Part shown: piece after piece, positions 11,601 to 25,662 of the stretch
Position numbering within the stretch: the stretch's first letter is position 1
Layout of the letters: each line of letters begins with the position of its first letter
Source of the DNA: Octopus sinensis
Taxonomy: Eukaryota
DNA length: 64,000 nucleotides
Assembly: GCF_006345805.1 (NCBI RefSeq)
Contig: NC_043004.1
Span: 79,298,001-79,362,000 of the forward strand
Direction of reading: 5' to 3'
Translations under genes and position numbers: made by a program
Notes under the pieces: generated by a model
What the model was told of the DNA's origin: nothing
Database searches by the model: none
What the model saw: only the letters and a program-made list of their open reading frames with translations

Positions 11601-14600
11601 TTTTAGGACTTATAAATCAAATATTTTTCCTATCCTTCCTTAATACCGGTTCCCATATGCTGCTCATATCTGCACTCGGTCTGCTTAGGAGGTTGTTGTG
11701 TCCTAGCATATGTGCTGCTTCTTATAGTTTTTGTATTTTCTAGTGGTGTTCTCTGTCTATTATTTTAAGCCTGAAAGATTGCTTGGAACACAAAGCATTA
11801 TCTAAATCTGCCAAATTATTGTCTCTCTAAAGCATGAAACTGTTAGTAACTCTTTTTAAAATTCTCATCATCATCATTGTTTATCGTCCGCTTTCCATGC
11901 TAGCATGGGTTAGACGGTTTGACTGTGGGCTGGCGAACCAGATGGCTGTACCACGCTCCAGTCTTGATCTGGCAGAGTTTCTACAGCTGGATGCCCTTCC
12001 TAATGCCAACCACTCCGAGAGTGCAGTGGGTGCTTTTATGTGCCACCGGCAGGGGGCTAGTCAGGCGATACTGGCAATGACCTCTCTCGAGTTTTTTTTC
12101 TTTTTTTACACATGCCAACGGCACAGGTGCCAGTAAGACGATGCTGGTAATGATCCCGCTCAAATGGTGCCTCCTACATGCTACCAGCATGGAAGCCAGT
12201 TAGCCGTTCTGGCAACGATCATGCGCAGATGGTGCTCTTAGCACCCAACTAGCACGGGGCACAAGTGCTAGTAAGGCGAAGCTGGTAACAATCACACTCA
12301 AATGGTGCCTTTTATGTGCCACTGGCATGGAAGCCAGTTAGCCGCTCTGTCAATGATCACATTCATATGGTGCTCGTGCCCGTCATCGAATTTCACTTTG
12401 ATTTTTATTTCGATTTCACTTGCCTCAACAGGTCTTCGCAAGCAGAGTTTAGTGTCCAAAGAAGGAAAAGGTACACACAAGTGGGCTGGTTACGCCCCCT
12501 GGCACAGGCCAAATCACACACATATTTGTAATAACTATCACAGTTGAATGAGGAGGCATTACTTGAGCACTTAATTACCATAAATATATCTTGTAATGTT
12601 TATACAAGCATGGCTGTATGTTAAGAAGTTTACCTGCCAAACACATGGTTCTGGGTTCAACCCTACTGTGTAACACCCTGGGCAAGTATCTTCTGCTACA
12701 GCCTGGGCTGACCGAAGCTTTGTGAGTGGATTTGGAAGGCAGAAAGTGAAAGAAGTCAGTTGTGTGTGTGTGTGTGTAAAAAATTTTACATTTTTACTTA
12801 CTCATTAATTGCTTCAAATTTTGGCACAAGGCCAGCATTTTAAATAAGAGGGGGTGGTTTAGTTAGTTACATTGACCCCAGAACTTGACTGGTACTTTAT
12901 TTTATTTACTCTCAAAGGATGAAAGGTAGGGCCAACCTCATCAGGATTTGAACTCAAAACATATAGAGTCATACTCTTCATTAATGAAGCTAATAAAAAG
13001 GACAAATTAATGATTTGTTTTAGCTGAAAATTAATAATTTAAATGATGATAATGGCATTTTAGGGCTTCAGGATTTTAATGTGACCCTAGTAAGGTGACC
13101 TGTGGGTGCTATGCCTTGCCAAAGGGCAAGCTGTGATTTTGTCTGGAACTGCATATTGAGTATTTGAAGCTACAGGGCATTCCCCCATTTGCAAACTGGG
13201 GACCCAATGGATGGGAGTTTTCATCAACACATCAGGATGGTAAGAGGAAATGAAATACAAGATACAAGAAATAGTCTGTCCTTAGATTTCTTCCCATTTC
13301 ACAGGACAAATTGCCCTGTTATGAATCTTGGTCTGGGAAGCCTGTCAGTTTGGCTGACTCTGCCGATTGTCTATAGGACTTGCAACCAGAGACGAGAAAT
13401 TAGCAATCAAAAGACAATAATCATGTCCGAGAAAGCTTGACCAGATGATGAGATGATGCGAGTTGATGAAATTTTTAAGCTGAGGTGGGTGTAGGTGTGT
13501 GTGTGCCATGTCCAAATGGAGTTATTTACTTAAGATTTAGAAATGTTTTCATATCATGGATACATACAGTTTCTAAGAAATAGTATGCTCAGAGCATGAA
13601 GGGGAGAGGGAGAGACAGACAAACATACAGAGGTAGAGAGAGAAATAGACAGACACAGACAGATACAGAGAATTGAGGGTGTGATGGGTGTATATATATA
13701 CATGTATATTTGCTGACAGTGAAATTAGAAGCAGTGACATAAAACTAAAAACCTCTGGGCCCCAAACTGGCCTAAATAACAATTAGAAGCCTCAGTAGTT
13801 AAAACTCTGTGTGAGTTGGTGTGTGTGTGTTTGGTGTCCCTGAATGTAGCTGATATCAGCAGATTTAAAGCCCTTAGAGTAAAAGCAGTCTAAGCTAACA
13901 TACAGATACATACATACATACACATAACAATATGATTATACATACACACACACATATATACATACACACACATATATATACACACAATCATATATATACA
14001 GACATATTTACACATATTTGCATACATCTATATATATGCATATATTCATATTTACACACATCTATACACACATGCATGTATGTATGTGTGTATATATATA
14101 TATTTATATACACACACACATACATATATGTATGTATATATGTGTGTGTGTGTGTGTAGATATATATATGTATTTACATACATGTACATACGTATACACA
14201 TATGCATAAATGTATGTACATATGACTATAGATATGTCTGTGTACAAATTGTACATGCACGCACACACACACACGTCTCCATATAAAACTAGACATGTTG
14301 CTCACCACAAATACCCCGCCATAATTGAGTCCACCTACGTAAATAGATTTCACAGAAATATGTTCAGGTGTAGTGGTGATCACCAAGTTCAAAGCTCGTT
14401 AAGAAAACACCGATATTTGTCAACTCAGCAAAAAAATTCATCACTTGATCTCAAGCCACCCACCACCACCCCCAACAGCCTCTCCTTGCTTCCACCCCCA
14501 CCATTGCACACGTTTTTGGGTTGGTTTTTGTGTTTTGTTTTTTGTCATGAATTTACTTTAAGAATAATTCGGTAAGTAAATATGGTAAGTATGAAGTCTC

Positions 14601-15184
14601 TTACCAAACGCTTTAATATGAGGGTTAGTCAGTAGGAAAAGAGAAGAAAATAAATATCTCAGACTCAGGTACTCTACTTTTTCTTCTCTTTTCTTTCCGT
14701 TGCCATATTGGCCATGTGTGAAAACAAACTTGGGAATACATTCTTCAGAAATATCAAAGCAGTCACCAACTTAGCTTTCGACTGAAAGAAAAACTGCTCT
14801 CTCAGACAAGCACAGTGCTTCTAATGCACCATCATAATTACACTTCGTCTAACAAGTTAATGAACACCAAACATGAATGGAATGGATCTTTTTTTTTTTT
14901 AGTAATTCTTGTGGGGATATTTTGGTTTCTTTTTTTTTTTTTACAGTCTCAGAATAAAGCTGAATTGACAACAGGCCGTAGTTCTAACTTGCAAAAAATG
15001 CAGATCTAAGTCACAAGAATTATGATAATGATGATTGTTATCATCACCATTACCATCAGTTTAACATCCACAGCAGTTAAAGTAAGAGTTATTTGAAAAC
15101 CAAGGTTCTACTGCATATATATATAAACGATGATGATGATGATATAAATACACACACACACACACACACACGTATATATATATA

Positions 15185-16695
15185 CAGTGGGGGGAAATAA
15201 ATATTCGTACATGTCAAAATTCGTCATTTATTTAATTTCTAATGAACATAAATGGGATGTACCAATACTATATTTGCATACACATGCATAAACTAAGAAT
15301 ATGCAAAAGAAATTAATAAATTCTATTAACTAAGGAATTTATATACAATTATAAATATTTAGGGGTGAAAAAAGTATTCGTACAGAATAAATTTATGATT
15401 TTCTATGCCACAAAATGCTGTTAAAATAATTTTTTTTTACTAGAACTTTCTCGTTTGTTCCAATAATCTTATCAGTTGTCATTTTTAAGTGTCAAAACGA
15501 TAGTTTCTTCATTCAGCACTGAGACAACATAAAGTAGTATCGTAATAATGGCGAAAAGTAAAGAACTCACAAATTCAGTGAAAAATTTAATTATTGAACA
15601 ATGGAAAGCAGGTAAAAGTTACAGGAAAATATCAGAGACCCTTTGTATTCCATTTACTACCATATCTACATTTATTCAAAGATATAAAGAATCGGGAACT
15701 GTAGAAAACAGATCCGGTGCACCATGCAAGATTTCCTCTAGATCTTTAATATAAATGAAGCAAAGAATCGAACAATCAGCAATGAACTTCATAGGAATGA
15801 ACTGAAGTCACACTCCCCTAGAAAAACTCTGCTGTTGACTAAAAGGCATAGAGATGCCCGTATAAAATTTGTTTATGAACATAAAGATAAATCTGATACA
15901 TTCTGGGAAAATATTCTATGGACAGACGAGTCGAAAATTGAATTGTTTGGTCGAAATTCACGTAACCATGTTTGGAGGAAAAACACAATTCCTACCATAA
16001 AGTTTGGAGGTGGCAACATCATGGTGTGGGGGTGTTTCTCTGCAAATGGTACAGGCAATTTACATGTGATAGATGGTAGAACGAATGCAGAGATGTACCA
16101 AAATATTTTGAACAATAATTTATGGGACTCAGTTGAAAAGCTCCAGCTTTGTGAAGGGTGGGTTTTACAACAGGGTAACGACCCTAAGCACATGGCGAAG
16201 TCTACCAAAAAATGGATTGTCGATCACAATATAAAATTATTAGAATGGCCAAGCCAGTCACCTCACTTGAACCCCAGTGAAAATTTGTGGCGTTATTAGA
16301 AAATTAAAATTCATTCAAGAGCCCCAATGTGCATTGTAGATTTGAAGAAAATTTGTCGAGAAGAATGGGAAAAAATTCCTAAAGAAACATGCGAGTCATT
16401 GATTAAGAACAACAAGAAGAGATTGGTTGAAGTGGAACTGAATAATGGTTATGCTACGAAGTATTAAATCAGAATTATCAATTATTTATGTTCTGTACAA
16501 ATACTTTTTTCACCCCTAAATATTTATAATTGAATATAAGTTCCTTAGTTACTATAATTTATTAGTTTCTTTTGCATATTCTTAGTTTATGCATGAATAT
16601 GCAAATATATAGTATTGGTATATCCCATTTATGTTCATTAGAAATTAAATAAATAAAGAATTTTGACATGTACGAATATTTATTTCCCCCCACTG
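15185..16695 (+). mobile_element. Tc1-family DNA transposon, non-functional, with ~200-bp IR/DR-type TIRs and TA TSDs
   Basis: TA|CAGTGGGGGGAAATAAATATTCGTACATGTC ... GACATGTACGAATATTTATTTCCCCCCACTG|TA. The transposase pieces (15548-16467) include WTDESK, QQGNDPKH and LNPSENLW. Confidence 0.93.
15548..16467 (+). pseudogene. Disrupted Tc1 transposase
   Basis: Paired-like HTH N-terminus (MAKSKELTNSVKNLIIEQWKAGKSYRKIS), then a break or deletion, then the DDE domain with the second Asp changed to Gly, and an in-frame TAG at 16297-16299. Confidence 0.88.
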
Positions 16696-16729
16696 TATAT
16701 ATATACATACATACATACATATATATAAA

Positions 16730-16930
16730 GTTAATCCAAACAAGAAAGCACAAAAAAACACAACAACGCGAGGACGTGGAACAAATATAGTATTATTGGA
16801 CGCTCAGGAAAGAAGGAGGGTTTAACGTTTCGAGCGGAGCTCTTCGTCGGCAACATAAGAGAAGGAAAGATCCAGAGAAGGGAAGACAGAGGAAAAAAAA
16901 ATCGCCAACGGTAAACACACGGTCATGTTT
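16730..16930 (-). mobile_element. Second Penelope-LTR-like repeat (family E) with a variant minimal hammerhead at ~16819-16854
   Basis: The minus strand reads gttg-CCGACGA-a-gagc(tcc)gctc-GAAA-cg-tt-aaac, the same architecture as family D, with U4C in the core. Confidence 0.4.
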
Positions 16931-17502
16931 TGGCCCACAACCACCACCGTTTGATAATTAGGGTTGGTTTGTTTACGTCCCCATAACTTAGTGGTTCAGT
17001 GAAAAGAGACCTACAGAACTAATACCAGGCTTAAACAATAAATACTAAAAGGGTGATTAAATTCAACTAAACCCTTTAAGGTGGCACCCCAGCATGGCCA
17101 GAATCCAATGGCAGAAAGAAGCAAAAGCCACGGAACAGGAGGAAGAGAAGAACAATTATTATTATTATTATTATTATTATTATTGCTTACTCAACAGATT
17201 GGCCAAGTTGTTGAATATTAGGTGACACTGATGTGTTAAAAGTTATTTCATGACTGTTTTTTTCTTTTTTCTTTTTTTTTTCCTTCCTCATTTATTAATG
17301 TGAAGTCTCTGAGGTTTTGAAGGAGAAAGAAAAATGCCTTTTAAAAACACACGAGCAAACGTACGGGGATTGCAGAAGGTGGGGTGGTGTTCGGGGTGGG
17401 GTGGCGAGCAGGCATCACGAACCGAATTATTAGCTTCCATGCTTGGAGAAGATGACAAAAATAAAACTGGAAATCCTGCTTCTTTCCCCTTCCCACTGCC
17501 AA

Positions 17503-17571
<69 letters not shown>

Positions 17572-18594
17572 AGGAAATCTGATGCAAATTCCCATCCCCT
17601 CCACCCTCCCCCAACATCTCTGGTGTTCCACAGAGTTCAACCAGGATTTTTTTTTCTCCTTTTTGCTTCTCTTCCCTGATTTCATCAATGACCCCTTTCT
17701 TGGGGTCGCTCTTTAATTTTCTTTTTAAGTGGATAAAAACACATAATAAACAGCTCTTTCACATTAAAACATTTGTCACAAAGGAGCAGCGACTGAAATA
17801 TTGTATTAATCAAAAAAAAAAAAAAAGGGGTTTATGAACATTTTCTATGACAATCCTTTCTCACGTGTCGCAGAACTGCTGAGCAATAATGAATAGAATT
17901 CTGGATTACTATGTCAGTCAGTGTATATTTCTGTACATTTATTTACTTCACGATTCCCCCATCACTAATATGGCAAGTGTGATGAAGTTTATGGCTTCCT
18001 GATGAGGCTGCAATAAAACTGAAACAGTTGTTTGTCATTTGCCCGAAACAATTAAGATAATATTGTTTGTCTGTCTGGTTTTTCATCATCATCATTTAGC
18101 ATCTGTTGTTAATGCTGGAAGGCTGCATCAGACTCCAGTCTGATTTGGCATGGTTTCTACAGTTGGGTGCCCTTCTTTATGTCAACCACTCTGAGAGTGT
18201 AATGGGTGCTTTTAGATGTCACTGGCACAGGTGCCATTTGCATGACACCGGCATCTGCCACGACTGTGATTTCACTTGACTTGATGGGTCTTCTTCCAAA
18301 GCACAACATAATACCAAAGGTCTCAGTCATTGCCTCTGTGAGGCCCAACACCAGCATCAGCCACTTTGCCTCCATGAGGCCCAATGCTCAATAGGTGCTC
18401 TTTATGTGCCACCAGCATGGGTGCCAGTTACATGACACCAACATCAGCCATGACTATAATTTCACTTGGCTTGACAGGTTTTCTCAAGCACAGCATATTG
18501 CCAAAGGTCCCTTTTTGTTTCTATATCCCTACTGGAATGCACAGCTTTTGCTCCAATTCTTTTTTAAAAATCACATAAAAGGCCAATAATTAAG

Positions 18595-18990
18595 ACAGTG
18601 AGCTGGCAGAATCATTAGCATGCCAGGTGAAATGCTTAGCGGTATTTCGTCTATCTTTATGTTCCAAGTTCAAATTCTGCTGAGGTCAACTTTACCTTTC
18701 ATCCTTTCAGGGTCAATAAATTAAGAACCAGTTACATACTGAGGTTAATCTAATCGACTGGCTCCCTCCCCAAAAATTTTGGGCCTTGTGCCTAGAGTAG
18801 GAAAGAATCATTAGCACACTGGATGAAATGCTTAGCAGTATTTCACCTATCACTATGTTCTGAGTTCAAATTCTGCTGAGGTTAGCCTTGGCTTTCATCC
18901 TTTCGGGATCGATAAAATAAGGACCAGTTGAGTAATGGGGTCAAATCTAATCAACTGGCCTCCTCCCCTTAGAATTGCAGGCCTTGATCC
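18595..18990 (+). mobile_element. tRNA-derived SINE family 3 (two tandem copies)
   Basis: gtgagctggcagaatc(a/g)ttagca...gagttcaaattc...gactttgcctttcatcctttc(g/a)gggtcgataaa..agtaccag. Also at ~6865-7020, 26597, 50030-50560, 50625-50870 and 52670-53070. Confidence 0.75.
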
Positions 18991-20774
18991 AAGATTAGAA
19001 AGGAATATCAAACTGATGCTGGAACATAAATTAACATGAAATTTTAATGAAAAGCTTTTAATTTTGGTCACTAACCTTTTTGTCACCACATTTCTGTTTA
19101 AATTCGTTCATTATGTTTCAATTAATTTTGAAAATGATAAAGAATTTAATCAAATAAGTTAGTCATAACTAAGCTAGTGTTAATTATTAGCATGGAAGCT
19201 AATAATTCGGTTCATGATGCCTGCTCGCCACCCCACCACGAACCCCACCCCACCTCCTGCAATCCCCGTACGTTTGCTCGTGTTTTTAAAAGGCATTTTT
19301 CTTTCTCCTTCAAATAAGTTAGTTGTAATTAACCCTTTCAACCCGGAATTTTTTCTCAAGAATTTTTTCAAAAGTCAGTAAAAGCAGCAGGGTTCGAACG
19401 CATGCAAGCCTTCCGATCATACATCTAGTGCTACATACCAGGGAAACCGGAGTGGTACTATGCTGCAATCACACAGAATGGGAATTTTAAAGATTTGGGT
19501 TGTAAAATTTTCAACTTGTTCAAACATGAACCAGCCGGGCCGAAAAGATTAGCATGAAATTTTGGTGGGAAGTTTTAATCCAGATCACTTCAAAACCGGG
19601 ATTTTATCCCATAAATCCAGAAATTTCATAGTCTCTCGCAAACCTTCACCCACCACACTTCTAGTCCCTCTCTCCCCACTCACTTTGATTCACTTCGTAC
19701 AGTGAAGGGCCACCTGGATATTTCATCACCACTAGTTACCTCTTTGCAGCTCCACCTGATCGTTCTCACTCTCTCTCTTCTAAAGGTGAATGGCCATGTA
19801 GCTACTCAACAACAACAACAAGCTTTCACCTTCTCTCTCGTACTTTAGCTTCTCTTTGAGCATAAAGCTGCCCCACCCCCCTCCACAGACACACGCAAGT
19901 GCACCTCAGTGTTCACAGTCTTGAGGGCTGCAGGGTAACCTTAGCAATGCAGGTGGCACCCAGTACACACTGTACAGTGGATGGCATTAGGAAGGGCATC
20001 CAGTCATAGAAACTGTGCTGAAGCAGCCACTGAAGCATAATGCAGTCCTTGGACCCATCAAAATCTTGTCACATTGTCCAACCCATGCCAGCAAGGAAAA
20101 TGGACTTTAAATGATGATGATGACGATCACGACAACGACGATTATTAAGATGATGATAATGTATTATCAACTTGTATATGATGACATAAATACCATCACC
20201 ATCGCGAACTTTCCGTTTCGCGACCGTTGCCAGCACCGCCCCGTTTCGTGTCCGTTGCCAGCCTCGCCTGGCCCTCGTGCCGGTGGCACATAAAAAGCAC
20301 CATCTGTTCGTGGCCGTTTGCCAGCTCTGTCTGGCACCAGTGCGGGTGGCACGTAAAAAGCACCCACTACACTCACGGAGTGGTTGGCGTTAGGAAGGGC
20401 ATCCAGCCGTAGAAACACTGCCAGATTTGACTGGGCCTGATGAAGCCTTCTGGCTTCACAGACCCCAGTAGAACCGTCCAACCCATGCTAGCATGGAAAA
20501 CGGACGCTAAACGATGATGATGATGATCATCATCATCATCATCATCAACTGAAGTTCACGATTCCATGCTTGCATGGGTCACATGGAATTTCTTGAAGCA
20601 GGTTCTCCTATGGTTGGATTCCTTTCCACTAGCCGCCTGACCCCCCTCCCCATCTCTCCAAGAATGGTAACGTTTCCCCACAACCAAACATGTCTTTCAC
20701 AAAACACTGGAACTAAACAACATCGCTTGTATGATGGTGATGTTCGTTTACAGCCATGATGTCAAGACAAAGGT

Positions 20775-20813
<39 letters not shown>

Positions 20814-20873
20814 GAAGATAGAAATTGAAAGGCTATTGTGTGTGTGTGTGAGGGGGTGAGAGACAGACAGATG

Positions 20874-20909
<36 letters not shown>

Positions 20910-21026
20910 ATACACACACATACACAATTACACAATTTGGTCTTCTTTTAGTTTCCATCTTCCAAATCCACTTACAAGGGTTCAGTGAGGTTGGGGCTAA
21001 AGTAGAGAACATTGCTCACGATACAA

Positions 21027-21057
<31 letters not shown>

Positions 21058-21199
21058 TATATATATAGTATGTATGTGTGTGTGTGTGTGTGTACACACA
21101 CACATGTACAAACTGAATACTTAAACACAACTAACTGCATGAGTTGTGTGTATATGTAAGTTGGTGTGTGATTGTGTGTCGGTATTTAGGCTAAGATCA

Positions 21200-21215
21200 A
21201 AATGTAGTGAGTATA

Positions 21216-21247
<32 letters not shown>

Positions 21248-21890
21248 CAGACACACTCACACATACACATAGACACACATATATATATACATCCACACAC
21301 ATACATATAGACAAACACACACACATGTATACATATATATATATACATACATATATAGATACATTTACATACATGCATATATATATACATACATATATAC
21401 ATTTACATACATATACATACATACACATACATATACATACCTATATATATATATACATACATATATATAGCAGTTTTGAAAGGAAACACACATATATGCA
21501 CATAGAAACCATGCCAAATCAGACTGGAGTCTGGTGCAGCCTTGCAGTGTGCCAGCCCTGGTCAAACCGTCCAACCCGTGCCAGCATGGAAAATGGACAT
21601 AAAAGGATGATGATGATGACATATACATACATACATATACATACCTATATACATATACATACATACATATACATACCTATATACATATACATACATACAT
21701 ACATATATACATACACATACATACATATAAATACACACACACACACACATATATATATATAAATACACACACACACACATATAAATATATATATATAAAT
21801 ACACACACACACATATATAAATATATATATATAAATACACACACACGCATATATAAATATATATATATAAATACACACACACACATATAT
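21200..21890. repeat. (CATA)n/(TA)n/(CA)n low-complexity block
   Basis: Directly visible. Confidence 0.92.
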
Positions 21891-21899
21891 CATCATCAT

Positions 21900-22705
21900 C
21901 ATCATCATCATTTAACGTCCGCTTTCCATGCTAGCATGGGTTGGACGGTTCAACTGGGGTCTGGGGAGCCCGAAAGCTGCACCAATCCAGTCAGATCTGG
22001 CAGTGTTTCTACAGCTGGATGCCCTTCCTAACGCCAACCACTCCGAGAGTGTAGTGGGTGATTTTATGTGCCACCGACACAGGTGCCAGACGAGGCTGAC
22101 AAACGGCCACGCTCGGATGGTGTTTTTTATGTGCCACCGACACAGGTGCCAGACGAGGCTGGCAGACGGCCACGCTCGGATGGTGTTTTTTATGTGCCAC
22201 CGACACAGGTGCCAGACGAGGCTGGCAGACGGCCACGCTCGGATGGTGTTTTTTATGTGCCACCGACACAGGTGCCAGACGAGGCTGGCAGACGGCCACG
22301 CTCGGATGGTGTTTTTTATGTGCCACCGACACAGGTGCCAGATGAGGCTGGCAAACGGCCACGATCGGATGGTGCTTGTTACGTGCCCACAGCACGGAGG
22401 CCAGTCGATGCGGTACTGGCTACGGCCACGTTCGGATGGTTTTCTTATGTGCCACGTGCCACCGGCACTGGTACCACAAAGATACAAATTCCATTGATGT
22501 TCATCTATTTTGATTTGTTTTGATTTGATTTTCACTTGCCTCAACAGGTCTTCACAAGTGTCACAAGAAGGAAGGTATGCACAGGTGGACTGACTACGTC
22601 CCAGGTAGGGGCCATGGGTTATGGCCTGACTAGTCTTGCCGGGTCTTCGGATGGTGTTTTTATGTGCCACCGACACAGGTGCTAGATGAGGCTGGCGAAC
22701 GGCCA
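21900..22705 (-). mobile_element. Abundant (GAT)n-tailed SINE-like repeat, family 2 (representative copy with an internal tandem expansion)
   Basis: catcatcatttaacgtccgctttccatgctagcatgggttggacgg... recurs in whole or part at ~3085-3605, 9440-10130, 11866-12520, 18085-18510, 20190-20550, 24790-25095, 36455-36960, 38570-39380, 39870-40050, 40840-41350, 52000-52530 and 59480-59815. Confidence 0.8.
22063..22380 (+). repeat. 63-bp tandem repeat, ~5 copies plus a displaced copy at ~22646-22705
   Basis: Unit ttttatgtgccaccgacacaggtgccagacgaggctggcagacggccacgctcggatggtgtt, giving the 21-aa periodic ORFs in the track. Confidence 0.92.
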
Positions 22706-22829
22706 AATATATATATATAAATACACACACACACATATATAAATATATATATATAAATACACACACACACATATATAAATATATATATATAAAACACACA
22801 CACACATATATAAATATATATATAAATAT

Positions 22830-22860
<31 letters not shown>

Positions 22861-22914
22861 TATATAAATATTATATATAATATATATATATATATAATAT
22901 ATATATATAAATAT

Positions 22915-22945
<31 letters not shown>

Positions 22946-23328
22946 AATACCCACAAAAGTGCATATGTGTGTGTGTTTCCTTTCAAAACTGCTATAAATG
23001 CAATCGTAAGAAGCTGACAAAAATAAATGTTACAACAATAACAACAACAAGAAATAATTCAGAGATGAATTTCTGTCTAATCAGCTGCCAGAGTTAATAT
23101 TATATGATGTTGGCGATACTTTAATGATGTTAAAATAATAACTCTTTCACTGAGTGGGGCTTTTTTTTTTCTTTTTTCTTTCTTTCTCTTTTGTGTAGCT
23201 GCAGATTTCTTGGAAGAAATTTAAATGAAAAACAAAAGGGAGAAGAGACAAGGGATGGAGAGGGGCCAAAGAGAAAATACCTGAAATATCAGAGGACATG
23301 TAGCTGTAATTATAAACGTGTGTGCGTA

Positions 23329-23363
<35 letters not shown>

Positions 23364-23840
23364 TATATATATACATAAAATATATAAACACACATAGAAA
23401 TATATATGCACACACACATATATATAAACTCATATATACATATATATACACATATAAAACACACACATATATACATATGCACACACACATATGCATACGC
23501 ACACATCTATACATACACACAGGCACATACATATATACAGACACATACAAATATACGTACACATGCATACATATATATACACACACAAGCATATATATAC
23601 ACACACACATGCATATATATACACACACAAGCATGCATATATATACACACACACAAGCATGCATATATATACACACACACATGTATATATATATACACAC
23701 ACATGCATATATATACACACATGCATATATATATATATGCACACACACACATGCATACACACATACACACATACATATATATATATATATATACATTCAT
23801 GCACATACATACACGTATTTACATATGTACATGCACACAT
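22705..23840. repeat. (TA)n/(CA)n low-complexity block
   Basis: Directly visible, with a short unique interruption at ~22950-23310. Confidence 0.9.
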
Positions 23841-25629
23841 GTATCTCGGCATCTTTTACAATAATCCCTCGTGCCACTCAGCCACAAAGAAGAAAACAAA
23901 AACATCTGCCTTCATCTCGCAGAGTTGATGACTCAGCAACCTTACTTCAAGGTCTTCCACCAAACAATGGTGCCTCTACCCACAACCCTCCCCACCTCTT
24001 TACCCCCTCCCCCCAAACACACACACATGCGTACACATTTATAAAAACAACAAAATCTTGTCACTAAGTTTCAATTTTCTCCATTCTACTTTTACAAACA
24101 AACAAACAAGGCAAGATGGTTTAACGCAAAGCAAATCTTGCGAAAAACTAACAAAACGATTACCAACACATTTTTACGTTTTATTAAACTCATTATTTTC
24201 CACTCCAAACAACTTCTGTCTTTATTGTTTTGTTGTGTTTTGTTTTGATTCTAAAAATGCTTTGCTAAAATTTTGGTTTCAGGAATTTCATGAAGACGTG
24301 GGTGTAGGTCACTGTCCCACAGCCTTTCTTTTTTTCACTTGTGGTACATTTTCAAAATTCAGCTGCACACCTGAACTAATAACATAACTAAGAGTATAGC
24401 GGTGAAAAAATTACAGTCAGGTTACACTGTGACACACCTAGCATCGTCTCGTGGCACACCAATGTGTCGCGGCATACTGGTTGCAGAGCACTGGTGTAGA
24501 TGCATGTTTGCATGTTCAGACATTCCAAATTACCCCCACAGTGACATCTGAGAGATGGCTTCACTTAACAGGGATGGAAATATAGTCATGCGGATAAGAA
24601 GTTTGCTTGCAAGCCTCGTAGTTCCAGGTTTAATAACACTGCATGGAAATTTAGGGGAGGGGGTAACTTTCTTAGACTGTTAGTTTAGCATCTCTTTTGC
24701 TCTGCAAGCATGGATTAGACAGGGACCTATTTGAAGCAAGACATTTTGTTACTAACCTGTGAGCTACCTGCACCTGAATTTTTACAAGGATGAGGTTTCT
24801 TTTGTTCTTCAAGGTTCTGAAAACACCTGGCTCCCTGCACTGGCAGCGCGTAAAAAGCACCATTCGAACCTGGCCGATGCCAGTGCCACCAGACTGACTC
24901 CCATGCTGGCGGCATGTAAAAAGCATCCACTAAATCCTCAGACTGGTTGGCATTATGAAGGTGCATCCAGCTGTAGAAACACTGCCAGATCAGACTGGAG
25001 CCTGGTGCAGCCTCCTGGCTTCCCAGACCCCAGTCAAACCGTCCAACCCATGCCAGCATAGCAAACAGACGTTAAACAATGATGATGATGAAGATTTTAC
25101 TCATGAGAATACACACACACACACACACCTTATGACAGAGGCTGATTGACAGTTGATGCTGCTGTTACTTGGAGAGTGTTACTAGACATTAAAATACTTG
25201 CACTTTGGTTTCAAATTTTGGTGCCAGGCCACCAGCAAACTGATTACATCAACCCCTACCCCAGTGCTCGACTGGTGCTTACTTTATCGACCCCGAAAGA
25301 ATGAAAGGCAAAGTTGACCCCAGTGGAATTTGAACTTAGAATATAAGGATGGACGAGATGCCGCAAAGCATTCTGCCTGGTGTGCCGACAGCTCCACCAA
25401 CTCACCATTCTGAAAGTAACACTCCAGTGTGTAATACTGTCAAAATACAAGAAATGAAATGTGAAAATCACAATAGGCGCCAGAGTGGCTGTGTGGTAAG
25501 AAGCTTGCTAACCAACCACATGGTTCTGGGTTCAGTCCTACTGCATGGCACCTTGGACGAGTGTCTTCTAATATAAGCCTCGGGCCAACCAAAGCCTTGT
25601 GAGTGGATTTGGTAGATGGAAATTGAAAG

Positions 25630-25662
<33 letters not shown>

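Noticed and set aside
14305-14392. Minus-strand peptide KSIYVGGLNYGG resembling an RRM RNP2 motif, followed by a gtgagc donor-like site
   Set aside because: There is an in-frame stop just upstream, no convincing acceptor, and no partner exon with RNP1.
17992-18070. CTGATGA followed by two GAAAC motifs (hammerhead-like)
   Set aside because: In either register stem I does not pair next to the core and stem II is poor. It is chance or too decayed to support.
21912-22805. 297-aa and 189-aa ORFs with 21-aa repeats
   Set aside because: By-products of the 63-bp tandem repeat inside a SINE-like element, open in several frames.
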